Of a DNA stretch of 62,212 bases, positions 28,392-37,661 are shown piece by piece. This stretch comes from Patescibacteria group bacterium (GTDB lineage Bacteria; Patescibacteriota; Gracilibacteria; UM-FILTER-43-11): contig JAJDCF010000007.1 in NCBI GenBank assembly GCA_029260955.1, positions 1-62,212 of the forward strand, read 5' to 3'. The notes below the pieces were generated by a model. It was given only the letters and a program-made list of their open reading frames with translations. It did not search any database and was not told where the DNA came from. Each line of letters starts with the position of its first letter. Within the stretch, counting starts at the first letter, position 1. The translations under genes were made by a program, and so were the position numbers.

Positions 28392-29927
28392 ATGCTTAAA
28401 CGCATCCCAGCAACATTAATCTTGGCCGTGTCAGCGCTACTTAGTCGCTTGCTTGGGCTTATCCGAGATCACTTGTTGGCTCGCAGTTTTGGTGCGAGTT
28501 CAGGTGAGGGAATTTATAATTTGGACGCTTATTATGCTGCTTTCAGAATTCCTGATTTACTTTATAACTTGCTAATTTTTGGCGCGATTTCGGCAGCGTT
28601 CATTCCGATTTTTACGCAGTATAAAAAGTCAGATGAACTAAAAAAAGCATGGGAGTTTGCCAGTAATATGATGCATCTAATGCTCATATTCATTCTGATT
28701 GTGTCTGGTGTAGCCTATCTTTTTGCGCCTCAGCTTGCGCTTTTGGTGGCAGGTGGATTTGAGGGTGAAGCCTTTGATCTTACTGTTCGGCTCATGCGAA
28801 TCATGCTCCTTTCCCCTATCATCTTTTCCTTTTCTGCTATTTTCATCAGCATCCAAGATAGCTTTAAAGTCTTTTTTTGGAGGAGTCTTGCACCGCTTTT
28901 TTATAATTTGGGAATCATCTTTGGCGTCATTTATTTTGCTCAGGACTTTGGTGTGGTTGGAGTAACTTGGGGGGTAATCATTGGCGCCCTTATGCAGCTT
29001 ATCGTCCAGCTTCCTGCGCTCAAAACAGTTGGCTACAAGCATGTTTGGCTACTTGATTCTGCCCGGTCAGACGTACGAAAGGCCTTCAAGCTGATTGTGC
29101 CTCGAGTGGTTGGCCTTTCCCTCACGCAGATAACTTTGATTATCAATACCTTGATTGCCAGTTTTCTGGTAACAGGATCGATCACCATCTTCTATTTTGC
29201 AGACAACCTGCAGGCAGTGCCACTAGGTATCATCGGTATTTCGTTTGCTATTGCTTCTTTTGCAACTCTTTCGGAATTGGCGATGGAAAAAACGTCGAAA
29301 GGATTTGTAACGGAGATCAGTCGGGTGGCCCATCAAGTACTTTTCCTTATTATTCCGGCGACATTAGGCATGTTCTTTTTACGCGCGAAGATCATTGATG
29401 TGATTTTGGTAGCGGGGAAGTTTACCGCTTCTGATGCGGCCATTTTGGAGGCTGTACTTGGTTTCTTGCTTATCTCACTCTTCGCCCAGTCGCTTATTCC
29501 GCTGTTTAGCCGGGGGTTTTACGCTTATCACAATACAAAAACACCTGTTGCTACGGCTGTATTAGGTTCACTGGTTAGCATTGTTGGAAGTTATCTGTTG
29601 GCCATTGTGTATGGCATGGGAGTCGTCGGTATTGGTATCGCTTTTTCGGCCGGGGCTATTTTGAACTTTGTTTTGCTCTATATCCTTATGTCCAACAAAT
29701 GTAAGGAATGGATTTTTGACTGGCTAAATGTGTTTAAAATAATCATATCTGGGGCATTTATGTATGGCGTCTTGTATGTGGTTGGTGATTATGTGAACTA
29801 TGGGGCACGATTGATTGATCGAATGGGTGGGCTTGCACTTTTGACGTTAATTGGTATGATTAGCTACTTTCTGGCAGCTTATATTTTGAAGATTCCAGAA
29901 CTTAGAATGATTACACGACGTAAATAG
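28392..29927 (+). CDS. murJ: Lipid II flippase MurJ (MviN family)
   Basis: N-terminal signature LSRLLGLIRDHLLARSFGAS...DAYYAAFRIPDLLYNLL. Polytopic membrane protein of 511 aa. Confidence 0.88.
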   Translation: MLKRIPATLILAVSALLSRLLGLIRDHLLARSFGASSGEGIYNLDAYYAAFRIPDLLYNLLIFGAISAAFIPIFTQYKKSDELKKAWEFASNMMHLMLIFILIVSGVAYLFAPQLALLVAGGFEGEAFDLTVRLMRIMLLSPIIFSFSAIFISIQDSFKVFFWRSLAPLFYNLGIIFGVIYFAQDFGVVGVTWGVIIGALMQLIVQLPALKTVGYKHVWLLDSARSDVRKAFKLIVPRVVGLSLTQITLIINTLIASFLVTGSITIFYFADNLQAVPLGIIGISFAIASFATLSELAMEKTSKGFVTEISRVAHQVLFLIIPATLGMFFLRAKIIDVILVAGKFTASDAAILEAVLGFLLISLFAQSLIPLFSRGFYAYHNTKTPVATAVLGSLVSIVGSYLLAIVYGMGVVGIGIAFSAGAILNFVLLYILMSNKCKEWIFDWLNVFKIIISGAFMYGVLYVVGDYVNYGARLIDRMGGLALLTLIGMISYFLAAYILKIPELRMITRRK

Positions 29928-29933
29928 CCCTTA

Positions 29934-30683
29934 ATGTCACTGCACGCTGAAACATCGGAACAGTTGAATGAACAATCAAAAGAGCGTGTTCAGGAATTCA
30001 TGCAAAAGCGTGAACTTGTGTCCCCTGATGCGTATCGTGAGATGATGAAGCGTACAATGACGCGTACTGGTTGCATTCCCTGGCTTGTGAGCTGTAGCCA
30101 AGGACGTTTGCATTTGTACAAAAAAGGTTATCCGCTTATTGTTGATAAAATATTGGTTTATGATGGCATAGAACCCCTCCATCCCTTTAGGGAAGATCTT
30201 TATGAATTACATGCTTTAGAGGAAGCAGTGCGCCTTGCTTATTTGGCTGGTAATGTTTTCGGTCCAGATAGTTTTTATCAAGATTTTGGCCCAAGAAATA
30301 AAGTGGAGAAAATGCATGAGATTGTCACTAACATTCGCTTGAGTATTGTACAACCTGTTGGAAAAGATATTAAAATGGTTCCTATTTTTGGTGCTACCAA
30401 ACAGCAACTTGTTGATACTATTGGTAGTCCTGAAGATCAAATAAAAAATGACCTGATTGATCCGGAGTGGAAGTTTTATGAGGGGCGACGAGCTGCTTTG
30501 CGAAGTGCTTTTGAAGAGGCAAAACGAAAAGAAAGGGAGGAAGGGAAAAGAGGGCTAGCTGGTCAATATGCAAAATCCAATATGGAAATGGCCGGTCTTT
30601 ATATGCAAGCATTGAATCCAGTTGCTGGAAGTATTGAGTTAAATGAAATGCTTCGCTTGTATAATGGTAGCTCTTCTGATTAG
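29934..30683 (+). CDS. Hypothetical protein (249 aa)
   Basis: ORF 6 nt downstream of murJ. No motif recognised. Confidence 0.45.
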   Translation: MSLHAETSEQLNEQSKERVQEFMQKRELVSPDAYREMMKRTMTRTGCIPWLVSCSQGRLHLYKKGYPLIVDKILVYDGIEPLHPFREDLYELHALEEAVRLAYLAGNVFGPDSFYQDFGPRNKVEKMHEIVTNIRLSIVQPVGKDIKMVPIFGATKQQLVDTIGSPEDQIKNDLIDPEWKFYEGRRAALRSAFEEAKRKEREEGKRGLAGQYAKSNMEMAGLYMQALNPVAGSIELNEMLRLYNGSSSD

Positions 30684-30703
30684 ACGTGAGGATTTGGAAA
30701 GGG

Positions 30704-32044
30704 TTAAGTCAGGCTATTTGTAATTTCCTTAAAATGCTTCCCACGTTCTTTGGCATTTTTAAACATGTCAAAGCTGGCGCAGGCAGGGGATAGCACAATG
30801 TTGTCTCCGGGTTGGGCCATTTGGTGAGCACGAATGATGATCTCTGGGAAGTCGGCAGACTCGTCTAGGGCCATGATGGAATAATTGGGATCTTCAGCTT
30901 TAATGGCTTCTTCAATACGAGGGCCTTCTTTTCCGTACAGGTAGACTCGGACTCGGTTTTCTACAATATGGTGAGCCAAGAAGGAGAAATCGGAATCTTT
31001 TGAGCTACCACCGAGAAGTAAGATTAGTTTGCCTTCTGGGAATTGGTTGATGGCGACCTTGGCTGACTCCGGAGTGGTGCAAGCTGAGTCGTTGTAAAAC
31101 TTTACGCCCTCAACTTCCTTCACAAATTCAAGTCGATGCTCTGCACCCTTAAATTCTGATAGCTCCTTTTTGATCAGGGTGGGATCGACTTTATGAATAA
31201 GGCTTACGGCGATGGCGCATAAAATGTTATCTGGATGAGTTTTGAGAGTGAGGTCGTCTTTGCTTAGAATCTTCATCTCTTTGCCCTCAAATTGAGCGAT
31301 CAGATCTTTGCTTTCCCAGGTAGCCCAATCATGACCACCTTTTTTGCCAAGCCAGAAGATTTTGCTGGGTGTTTTGCTGCCAAGTTTTGCACTGCTTTCA
31401 TCGTTTGCATTCAAAATACACCAATCAGTATGGCTTTGATGAGCGATGAGATTCGTTTTTGCATGGGCATAGTCTTCCAGATTCTCATGCCAGTCCAAAT
31501 GATTAGGAGTTATGTTTAGGACTGCAGAAATATGTGGAGATTGTTGGATGTCTGCGAACTGAAAGCTCGAAACCTCCATCAAAATCGGCTCATCTGAGCG
31601 CTTGATGGCCTCTTGCAATACCGGCTTTCTGTCGTTGCCCCCTACGATTATCTTGTCCTTGTAGTGAGCTTTCAGGATCTTTTCCAGCATAGCTACAGTG
31701 GTTGTTTTCCCATTGCTCCCCGTAATGGCCGTAATTCTGTCCTCGGCAACCTCTAGGGTTAGCTCGGTCATCGAGGTGATTGTTGATCCTGATTCCTTGG
31801 CCTGTTTGATTCCTGGTAAATCATAATGAACTCCAGGACTTCGGATGATGGTTTTGAATTCAGTAAGATTTACGAAGGCATTTTCACCAAGTTGGGATTT
31901 TATTTCACCTGGTAGCTCGACTGATTCTTTTTCATCACAAATAGTGATGTCAGAAATATTCTGGGCTTGCAGGAAATCTAAAGCAGCTTGCCCTTCCACG
32001 CCAAAACCGAGGATGGCAACTGGTGTTTTTATTTGAATCTTCAT
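30704..32044 (-). CDS. murD: UDP-N-acetylmuramoylalanine--D-glutamate ligase
   Basis: N-terminal Rossmann-like GFGVEG and GSNGKTTTVAM P-loop. Mur ligase C-terminal domain. Length 446 aa. Confidence 0.9.
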   Translation of the reverse strand: MKIQIKTPVAILGFGVEGQAALDFLQAQNISDITICDEKESVELPGEIKSQLGENAFVNLTEFKTIIRSPGVHYDLPGIKQAKESGSTITSMTELTLEVAEDRITAITGSNGKTTTVAMLEKILKAHYKDKIIVGGNDRKPVLQEAIKRSDEPILMEVSSFQFADIQQSPHISAVLNITPNHLDWHENLEDYAHAKTNLIAHQSHTDWCILNANDESSAKLGSKTPSKIFWLGKKGGHDWATWESKDLIAQFEGKEMKILSKDDLTLKTHPDNILCAIAVSLIHKVDPTLIKKELSEFKGAEHRLEFVKEVEGVKFYNDSACTTPESAKVAINQFPEGKLILLLGGSSKDSDFSFLAHHIVENRVRVYLYGKEGPRIEEAIKAEDPNYSIMALDESADFPEIIIRAHQMAQPGDNIVLSPACASFDMFKNAKERGKHFKEITNSLT

Positions 32045-32170
32045 GGGGGAATTATAACCTAAATAATATGTGATTACGACATAAATAGGATTTAGTTAAA
32101 TATAATAAAGTATAATGAACATTGACAAGACTAGTTACCTTTAACTAGACTGTGCTCAAGTTAAAAAGAT

Positions 32171-32275
32171 TTAATTTAGTTAAAAAAGAGTTAATTAAAT
32201 TAAACAAAAGCTAACAAAAGTTAATTAAAATAAATTAATATAAAAAGAACTTAATTAAATTGAAATAAGTTAATT
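32171..32275. repeat. Five helically phased copies of an RTTAATTWAA motif in a very AT-rich spacer
   Basis: TTAATT begins at 32171, 32191, 32221, 32251 and 32270, giving spacings of 20, 30, 30 and 19 bp. Each copy is preceded by an AAG-type purine run. The array lies between the murD start (32044) and the HTH gene start (32308). Confidence 0.6.
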
Positions 32276-32307
32276 TAAATTAAGTCACTTTTAATACAAA
32301 AATAAAA

Positions 32308-32487
32308 ATGCCCGTGGTTGATCGACTTTACACCACTGAACAAGTTGCCAAACTCCTCCAAATCCATCCCCTTACTGTATTAAAGTACATTAATTCAGGT
32401 AAGCTGCGAGCCGTTAAATTAGGCCGAGTTTATCGTGTTACAGAGACAGGTCTCCAAAAATTCTTGGAAGATGGGATGACTAGTTAA
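32308..32487 (+). CDS. Excisionase-family (MerR-like HTH_17) small DNA-binding protein, 59 aa (below the ORF-track cutoff)
   Basis: My translation: MPVVDRLYTTEQVAKLLQIHPLTVLKYINSGKLRAVKLGRVYRVTETGLQKFLEDGMTS. It matches the excisionase-type helix-turn-helix pattern (LxTxxEvAxxL..s..Tv.r.i..G.l.a.k.Gr.yRi....l..fl). Confidence 0.75.
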   Translation: MPVVDRLYTTEQVAKLLQIHPLTVLKYINSGKLRAVKLGRVYRVTETGLQKFLEDGMTS

Positions 32488-32529
32488 ATTTTCAACATAA
32501 AGTTGGAAAATAAAACAAAAATATGTAGG

Positions 32530-32561
32530 AATACCCTAGACATATCGCTCGCTAGGGTATT
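32530..32561. terminator. Bidirectional terminator between the HTH gene and the giant-protein operon
   Basis: Perfect 10-bp stem AATACCCTAG (32530-32539) / CTAGGGTATT (32552-32561) with a 12-nt loop. T-rich tracts follow on both strands. Confidence 0.6.
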
Positions 32562-32572
32562 TCTGCTGCCTT

Positions 32573-34036
32573 TTATTTTTTAGGTTTATTTTGGCATTGT
32601 CTGGCAGAAAGCGCTGCAACTTCGCGGGTCAAAGTTGGAATGCTCTCGCCCGCATCTTCGTGAACATCTTCATAGCCTCGTTTGATTTGCGAGTTCATAT
32701 CCCATAGAAGGTCTCCCATAAAATAAACACCGTTCTCCGCTACACTATCCATCGTAATGCTGTAAATAAAGGCGGTCTCTACTTCTTTCTTAGCTTTGGC
32801 ATTTTCTTCTATAAGCTCTATTTGGTTGTGTAGAAAATGCGTTACAGAAAAGCTTTGATCTCTATTGCGGAAGCGATCACAGCGAACATCACCTTGTTCT
32901 GGCTCTTTACCTTCCTTACATCTTCTATACATGTCGCTTTCCACAGGGATTTTGCAATTTCTAAATTCACCTTCTTTTCCCTTTTCAGGATCAAAAAGTA
33001 TACACTCTTTTTCCACTTGGTCTTGAAACTTTTCCACATTTTCTAATTTATCACTATTGGCATAGTCAATAATAGCCGTGACCGGACCCACCATATTTTT
33101 GGCGATTTCTAGCTGTGTTTTTACACTGCCTACAAACTTGTCCCAGCCACCACCTTTAACCAGGCTTTCTGTGCTGCCACCTTCCTCGCCACCTATGGTA
33201 AGTGAGATCTGATTGTCTCGAATCCACTCTCTTGCTCTTATGCGGGCGTTGGCTTCGGCCATGGTCCATATGTCACCCCATTCCACTCCTTGGCCTGAAC
33301 CGAGCACTTTTAGAACTTCAAAGCTGCGAAGAACTTGATCGAAGGCTGCTTCGAATTCGCCTTCCGGACAACCTGTAGGGTCAGATGAGTCAAAAATACC
33401 TACGTTTGAATAATAATTAAGAGGATTCGGGCCTTGAGGCTTTTCGCCAAAAAAGTAATTGTTAGAACTATATTCACCTTCGGTGGTTTGAATCATTGCT
33501 GTCGGGTCTGAGCCATATTTGCGCAATAAATCCAGGTGAACACTCAGATAAATGTAGTCCACCATTAATATTTCTCCGTGGTAGGTATCGCGCAGCATAT
33601 AGGCTTTTACCATCTCTGATCCCACAAAGTCCCTAAGAGTTTCCAGGTTCCATATTTCGTCTCTCAGACAATTGCTTAGCCACTCTCCATTAGTCGCGTT
33701 GAAGTTGAAGATCATCATGATTGAATCGAGGGGGAATAGGGTGAAGAAATTGATAGTAGTATTGAAAATAAGATCTTGAGCGACTCTGGCATCGCCGGAT
33801 ATTCCGGTTTCCCTGCCTTCATCTCGCTTAGCTTTGTCGAAGGCTTTAAAGTTCTCAATCTCTTCCAAAATAGTTTTCGAACCATTCTGCGCCTGCGAAC
33901 TTTGTACGTGCTCCTTAATAATTGATACTGTCTGTGACAGCCTTGGTGAATAAAGTGCGTGCACGTTGCTTGCCTGGACGGTGAGTCCAATCAGAAGGGT
34001 CATGCCAATGATGAGGTGCTTTAATTTTTTGGGCAT
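32573..34036 (-). CDS. Secreted hypothetical protein (487 aa), last gene of the giant-protein operon
   Basis: Signal peptide MPKKLKHLIIGMTLLIGLTVQASNVHA. Start overlaps the upstream gene by 16 nt. No recognisable family. Confidence 0.6.
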   Translation of the reverse strand: MPKKLKHLIIGMTLLIGLTVQASNVHALYSPRLSQTVSIIKEHVQSSQAQNGSKTILEEIENFKAFDKAKRDEGRETGISGDARVAQDLIFNTTINFFTLFPLDSIMMIFNFNATNGEWLSNCLRDEIWNLETLRDFVGSEMVKAYMLRDTYHGEILMVDYIYLSVHLDLLRKYGSDPTAMIQTTEGEYSSNNYFFGEKPQGPNPLNYYSNVGIFDSSDPTGCPEGEFEAAFDQVLRSFEVLKVLGSGQGVEWGDIWTMAEANARIRAREWIRDNQISLTIGGEEGGSTESLVKGGGWDKFVGSVKTQLEIAKNMVGPVTAIIDYANSDKLENVEKFQDQVEKECILFDPEKGKEGEFRNCKIPVESDMYRRCKEGKEPEQGDVRCDRFRNRDQSFSVTHFLHNQIELIEENAKAKKEVETAFIYSITMDSVAENGVYFMGDLLWDMNSQIKRGYEDVHEDAGESIPTLTREVAALSARQCQNKPKK

Positions 34037-35976
34037 TGTTCTTTTGTGTCTAGGCTAGTTTCGAAAACCATTTGTTCAAATTTTGATTCTATTCTTTCAA
34101 AACTCCCTTTCATCTGTAAAAGCAGTGGATTTATTCTACCGCCGACTTCTTGATCGCTAATAACTTCATTGGTCAATTGAGATACGTAGGTGTCTCTCAG
34201 AGTTTTATCCAATGATGCCTCACTTTGTTTTGCTGTGTCGCTGAGTGACTGCCAGGTAGTCTTAGATTTTTCTTGGCTGGTTGTAACTGGTGCTGCCTTA
34301 TTTTCGGAAGCTGCCTTACTTTGATTGGCTTTACCTACACTGTTTTGGGCTGTTCCAGTGTACTTATATTTTAACTTACTTTTGGTAGCAGTATTCAGAT
34401 TAAATGAGAAGTTGACGCCATAAGGACTGCTGGTGCTGAAAGACGAAGTGGTATTTTTCAGAGGTGTTACGTTGGTTTCTAGGGCACCTTCAACTGCATC
34501 TACCATGGCTGTAATGTGACAGTCCACACAGCCTTCATCTTCAGTATAAGTTGATTGAGGACGGTTCTCTTTTTTTATGTTGACGCAAAATAGGGCTTGG
34601 ATAGCAGGTGCGATTTCCGCAACAGCTTCATCCTCTATCCAACCTTCACCAAACAAGAAGTCTTGAGCATCCTTGAAATCTGCACAAAATTCAGTTGGTA
34701 GGCATTGAGGAATATCATATTGTTCGCCAGCTATATTTATTCCTAATGTTTCCTCACCCTTAGCTGTGGCGGAAGCTCCCCCCTCGGTTGCACTGGCATT
34801 AAAAAACCCTGTTGGACATGGTGGTTTGTTGCTTGCTGGGAATTGCTTCATTGTACCCCCTAAAAATGGACCTGGATATTCGGGGCTTTGTGGAGCTTCT
34901 TGTGGTGGTCCGGCTTCTTCACCCTCAAAACCTGTTCCACTTTTTGGGAACATTCCCTCTGGACATTCGTTGGCACTGCCATCATCGTTTTCATCGTCAG
35001 TGCCTGCATTGTCTTTGGGTTTTTTAAAGGTGACTGCTTCTGGGTCCATACATTGGTCACTCGAGCCACTGGCTTCCGTTTGGCAGTATTGGTTACAACC
35101 GTCGCCTGACTGATCATTTCCGTCGTCACACTGTTCGGCCACCAAAATATCGATTACTCCATTTCCACAAAGCGTATTTTCATAACCACTGCCTGGTCCA
35201 TCTCCAAGATCAGCATCTGGGTCATCTGGTAAAACGCAGTCTGGCGGTAATCCTCCTTCACCTGACTTGGTCACTGCTATGCCTGGATCTTCAGTGTCTT
35301 CAAAGCCTTCATCTGTTGTTTCCTCATCTTCTTCATCGGGCAATAGTTCGTCGAGTGGGGTATCACCCTCTTCTCCATCAGCCGCTTCTTCTTTCTTGGC
35401 AGGAAAAGAATAAACTTCGTCCATCCATGTTGCTTGAGAGCCAAAAAGAACGATCTCAATCAAGTTTAGATCCACTATTAAATCAAAAGGGGCATCAGGC
35501 AATATGGTTTTAATCTCTCCATCCCAATATTGTTCAGAGACTTTGAACTTAAAGGCAAGACTGGCACTTTTTTGCTGAATCTTTTTTTCTTTGTTGTAAG
35601 CATTTCGAATGTTTTCAAATACATCCCAGTTTCGCAAGGTTTCTCCTACCGAGCTTCCAGCAGGCAAGCATGCATCTTGTATGGATTGTGGTAGCTTAGC
35701 TCTTTCACTATCACTGTACTCCACAATTGATTCACAAATGTTGTCGGCCAGAACTTCCTTAATCTGATCTCCGCTCATGCCAAATTGAGTAGCTAAAATT
35801 TCCACAATTTCTTTGTCAGCAGTTTCATTGTCAAATATCCGAATGTTACAATAGATGTTTTCGTAGTGAGTATCTGTATTATTCTGATTGCACACGTTTG
35901 CTTGGGCATCATGATTTGGCAGTATGATGGCTGCAATTATCAGAACTCCTGTGATGAAGCGTTTACAATTCTTCAT
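34021..35976 (-). CDS. Secreted acidic protein (651 aa) with one Myxococcus-type cysteine-rich repeat
   Basis: Signal peptide (…ILPNHDAQA). Asp/Glu-rich linker. CGNGVIDILVAEQCDDGNDQSGDGCNQYC (about nt 35085-35185) fits the CGNG..E.CDDGN...GDGC...C repeat. Confidence 0.65.
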   Translation of the reverse strand: MKNCKRFITGVLIIAAIILPNHDAQANVCNQNNTDTHYENIYCNIRIFDNETADKEIVEILATQFGMSGDQIKEVLADNICESIVEYSDSERAKLPQSIQDACLPAGSSVGETLRNWDVFENIRNAYNKEKKIQQKSASLAFKFKVSEQYWDGEIKTILPDAPFDLIVDLNLIEIVLFGSQATWMDEVYSFPAKKEEAADGEEGDTPLDELLPDEEDEETTDEGFEDTEDPGIAVTKSGEGGLPPDCVLPDDPDADLGDGPGSGYENTLCGNGVIDILVAEQCDDGNDQSGDGCNQYCQTEASGSSDQCMDPEAVTFKKPKDNAGTDDENDDGSANECPEGMFPKSGTGFEGEEAGPPQEAPQSPEYPGPFLGGTMKQFPASNKPPCPTGFFNASATEGGASATAKGEETLGINIAGEQYDIPQCLPTEFCADFKDAQDFLFGEGWIEDEAVAEIAPAIQALFCVNIKKENRPQSTYTEDEGCVDCHITAMVDAVEGALETNVTPLKNTTSSFSTSSPYGVNFSFNLNTATKSKLKYKYTGTAQNSVGKANQSKAASENKAAPVTTSQEKSKTTWQSLSDTAKQSEASLDKTLRDTYVSQLTNEVISDQEVGGRINPLLLQMKGSFERIESKFEQMVFETSLDTKEQCPKN

Positions 35977-35984
35977 TGTTGTTA

Positions 35985-36788
35985 TTAGCTGATGCTGGCA
36001 TCTTCCAGCTGAATCGGAAGTGGTTCAATGACATTTCTTAGGTTTTCCAAAGCTCTTCTGTATTGATCCAGAAATTTGAGGGTGCATTGAAAATGAACAT
36101 GCATCACAAAGGCCAGTCGTAGTTCTTTTAATGAGTGGAACATCAAATCGATGGCCATAAGTGAGCTATCGATTTCCATTTGTCGTTGTCTTTCTATGGT
36201 ACTTGCACTTTTAGCTGTCAGTAATTGTATGCCAGTGAGAGGTTCACCTTTTTCATTAGTTATGGTACTTGCTAAATAAAAATCTTTGCCTATTTCGTTT
36301 AGATTTTCTTTGTAGGCATTATGAGCATCCAAAATAGGTTTAAGCATTTGGCTGGGTTCAGTGTTTTGAATAATCTCTTTCAGTTCTTCATTTGTCAGAC
36401 ATGCCTGGTCAGACGCCATCCAGTCAATTGCACTTCCAAGAACTGGAACAGCACTTAGGCTAGTTAGATTCGCGGCCATGCTTCCTCCGCTGTCTGCACC
36501 ATCACTTTTCATTATCTCTTTTTCAGCAAAATCAAATATGCACCCCACATAATCATGATGGGCTTCTTGCATTTCTTCGAAGGCTATTTTGTAGTCACTC
36601 TGGTCTTTGGGGTCAGCCTTTCCCCAGGCTTCCAGTTCATACGCTTTGTCGAGTATTTTCTTTTTAGCTTTGCAGGCAATTTCTGGTTTAGTTAGGGCTG
36701 CTTCTTGGGCGTAGCTTATTGGTGCACCAGCATTTGATACTAAAGAGAGAATAATTGTTAGGCCAATGATTTTTTTGGTGTATTTCAT
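35985..36788 (-). CDS. Secreted hypothetical protein (about 267 aa)
   Basis: Start set at the ATG at 36788 (MKYTKKIIGLTIILSLVSNAGAPISYAQ signal peptide), 4 nt after the upstream stop. Four Cys. Helical composition. Confidence 0.6.
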   Translation of the reverse strand: MKYTKKIIGLTIILSLVSNAGAPISYAQEAALTKPEIACKAKKKILDKAYELEAWGKADPKDQSDYKIAFEEMQEAHHDYVGCIFDFAEKEIMKSDGADSGGSMAANLTSLSAVPVLGSAIDWMASDQACLTNEELKEIIQNTEPSQMLKPILDAHNAYKENLNEIGKDFYLASTITNEKGEPLTGIQLLTAKSASTIERQRQMEIDSSLMAIDLMFHSLKELRLAFVMHVHFQCTLKFLDQYRRALENLRNVIEPLPIQLEDASIS

Positions 36789-36792
36789 ATTT

Positions 36793-37659
36793 TTAATCAC
36801 ATTTAGCTGCATAACACGAGAATCGGCTATCTAGTTTGTTCAAAAAGCCTTGTAAATATCCGACATGTTCTTCCATAACACTCAGCTTGGTAACAATAGT
36901 TGCTAATTTCCTCTCCATGGCACTTGCCTTTTGGTCGGCGTGGGATTTTTTTAATACGTTTTCTAAAGTAACAAAGGCATTTGAAGTTTCCGGGCAAATT
37001 CCATCGTTGGCTTCGGCAACTTCTGCGGGGCAGCCAAACTGCTTTTCTAAGGCGATTTTACAGCCGCTATAATTTGATCTGGCCTGCACTACGTTTGGAA
37101 ATTCATTGTCGTTGGAACCCGTCATACATCGTGGGAAGTAATTGATCTTATTATCAACGAATGCTTTGTCGATTGTATCCGCAGCAACACCAACGACTGG
37201 AATTTCTTTAAAAGTTTGTATGAGTAGGTTGTATTCACTTTCCATTCTTAGATCTTCCGGAGCTTGGCAACCGGGTACAGTTCCCAAATGCTCACTGCGC
37301 AGGCCTGTTCCATAGGCGCTTTCGATGGGCGCATGACCGCTGAATTCAACTGCGCGACATATGTACTCCAGCCAACAGTTATAGGTTCTTAGACTTTCAT
37401 ATCCTTCACCTACCATTTCGCTGGCAGGTTTTTCCTGGTCAATAAGGTTCTGTAAACTGTTTTGCCAATCTTTATTGGCGGCGTCTAATGCTCCATTATA
37501 GTCAATGCAACATGCGTTGCTTGTCCCAACTTCATCTTTACATGCTTGTGCGTATTTTGAGGGCTCGGGTTCTTGTGAATGGGTGGCAATATCCCAGCTC
37601 AGAACGCCATATCCTATGCACAAAATAATGGCCGCTAATGTGATGTAAGATTTTTTCAT
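36793..37659 (-). CDS. Secreted cysteine-rich hypothetical protein (288 aa)
   Basis: N-terminal signal/anchor. Twelve Cys in the predicted mature part. Starts 2 nt after the stop of the giant ORF. Confidence 0.6.
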   Translation of the reverse strand: MKKSYITLAAIILCIGYGVLSWDIATHSQEPEPSKYAQACKDEVGTSNACCIDYNGALDAANKDWQNSLQNLIDQEKPASEMVGEGYESLRTYNCWLEYICRAVEFSGHAPIESAYGTGLRSEHLGTVPGCQAPEDLRMESEYNLLIQTFKEIPVVGVAADTIDKAFVDNKINYFPRCMTGSNDNEFPNVVQARSNYSGCKIALEKQFGCPAEVAEANDGICPETSNAFVTLENVLKKSHADQKASAMERKLATIVTKLSVMEEHVGYLQGFLNKLDSRFSCYAAKCD

Positions 37660-37661
37660 GT

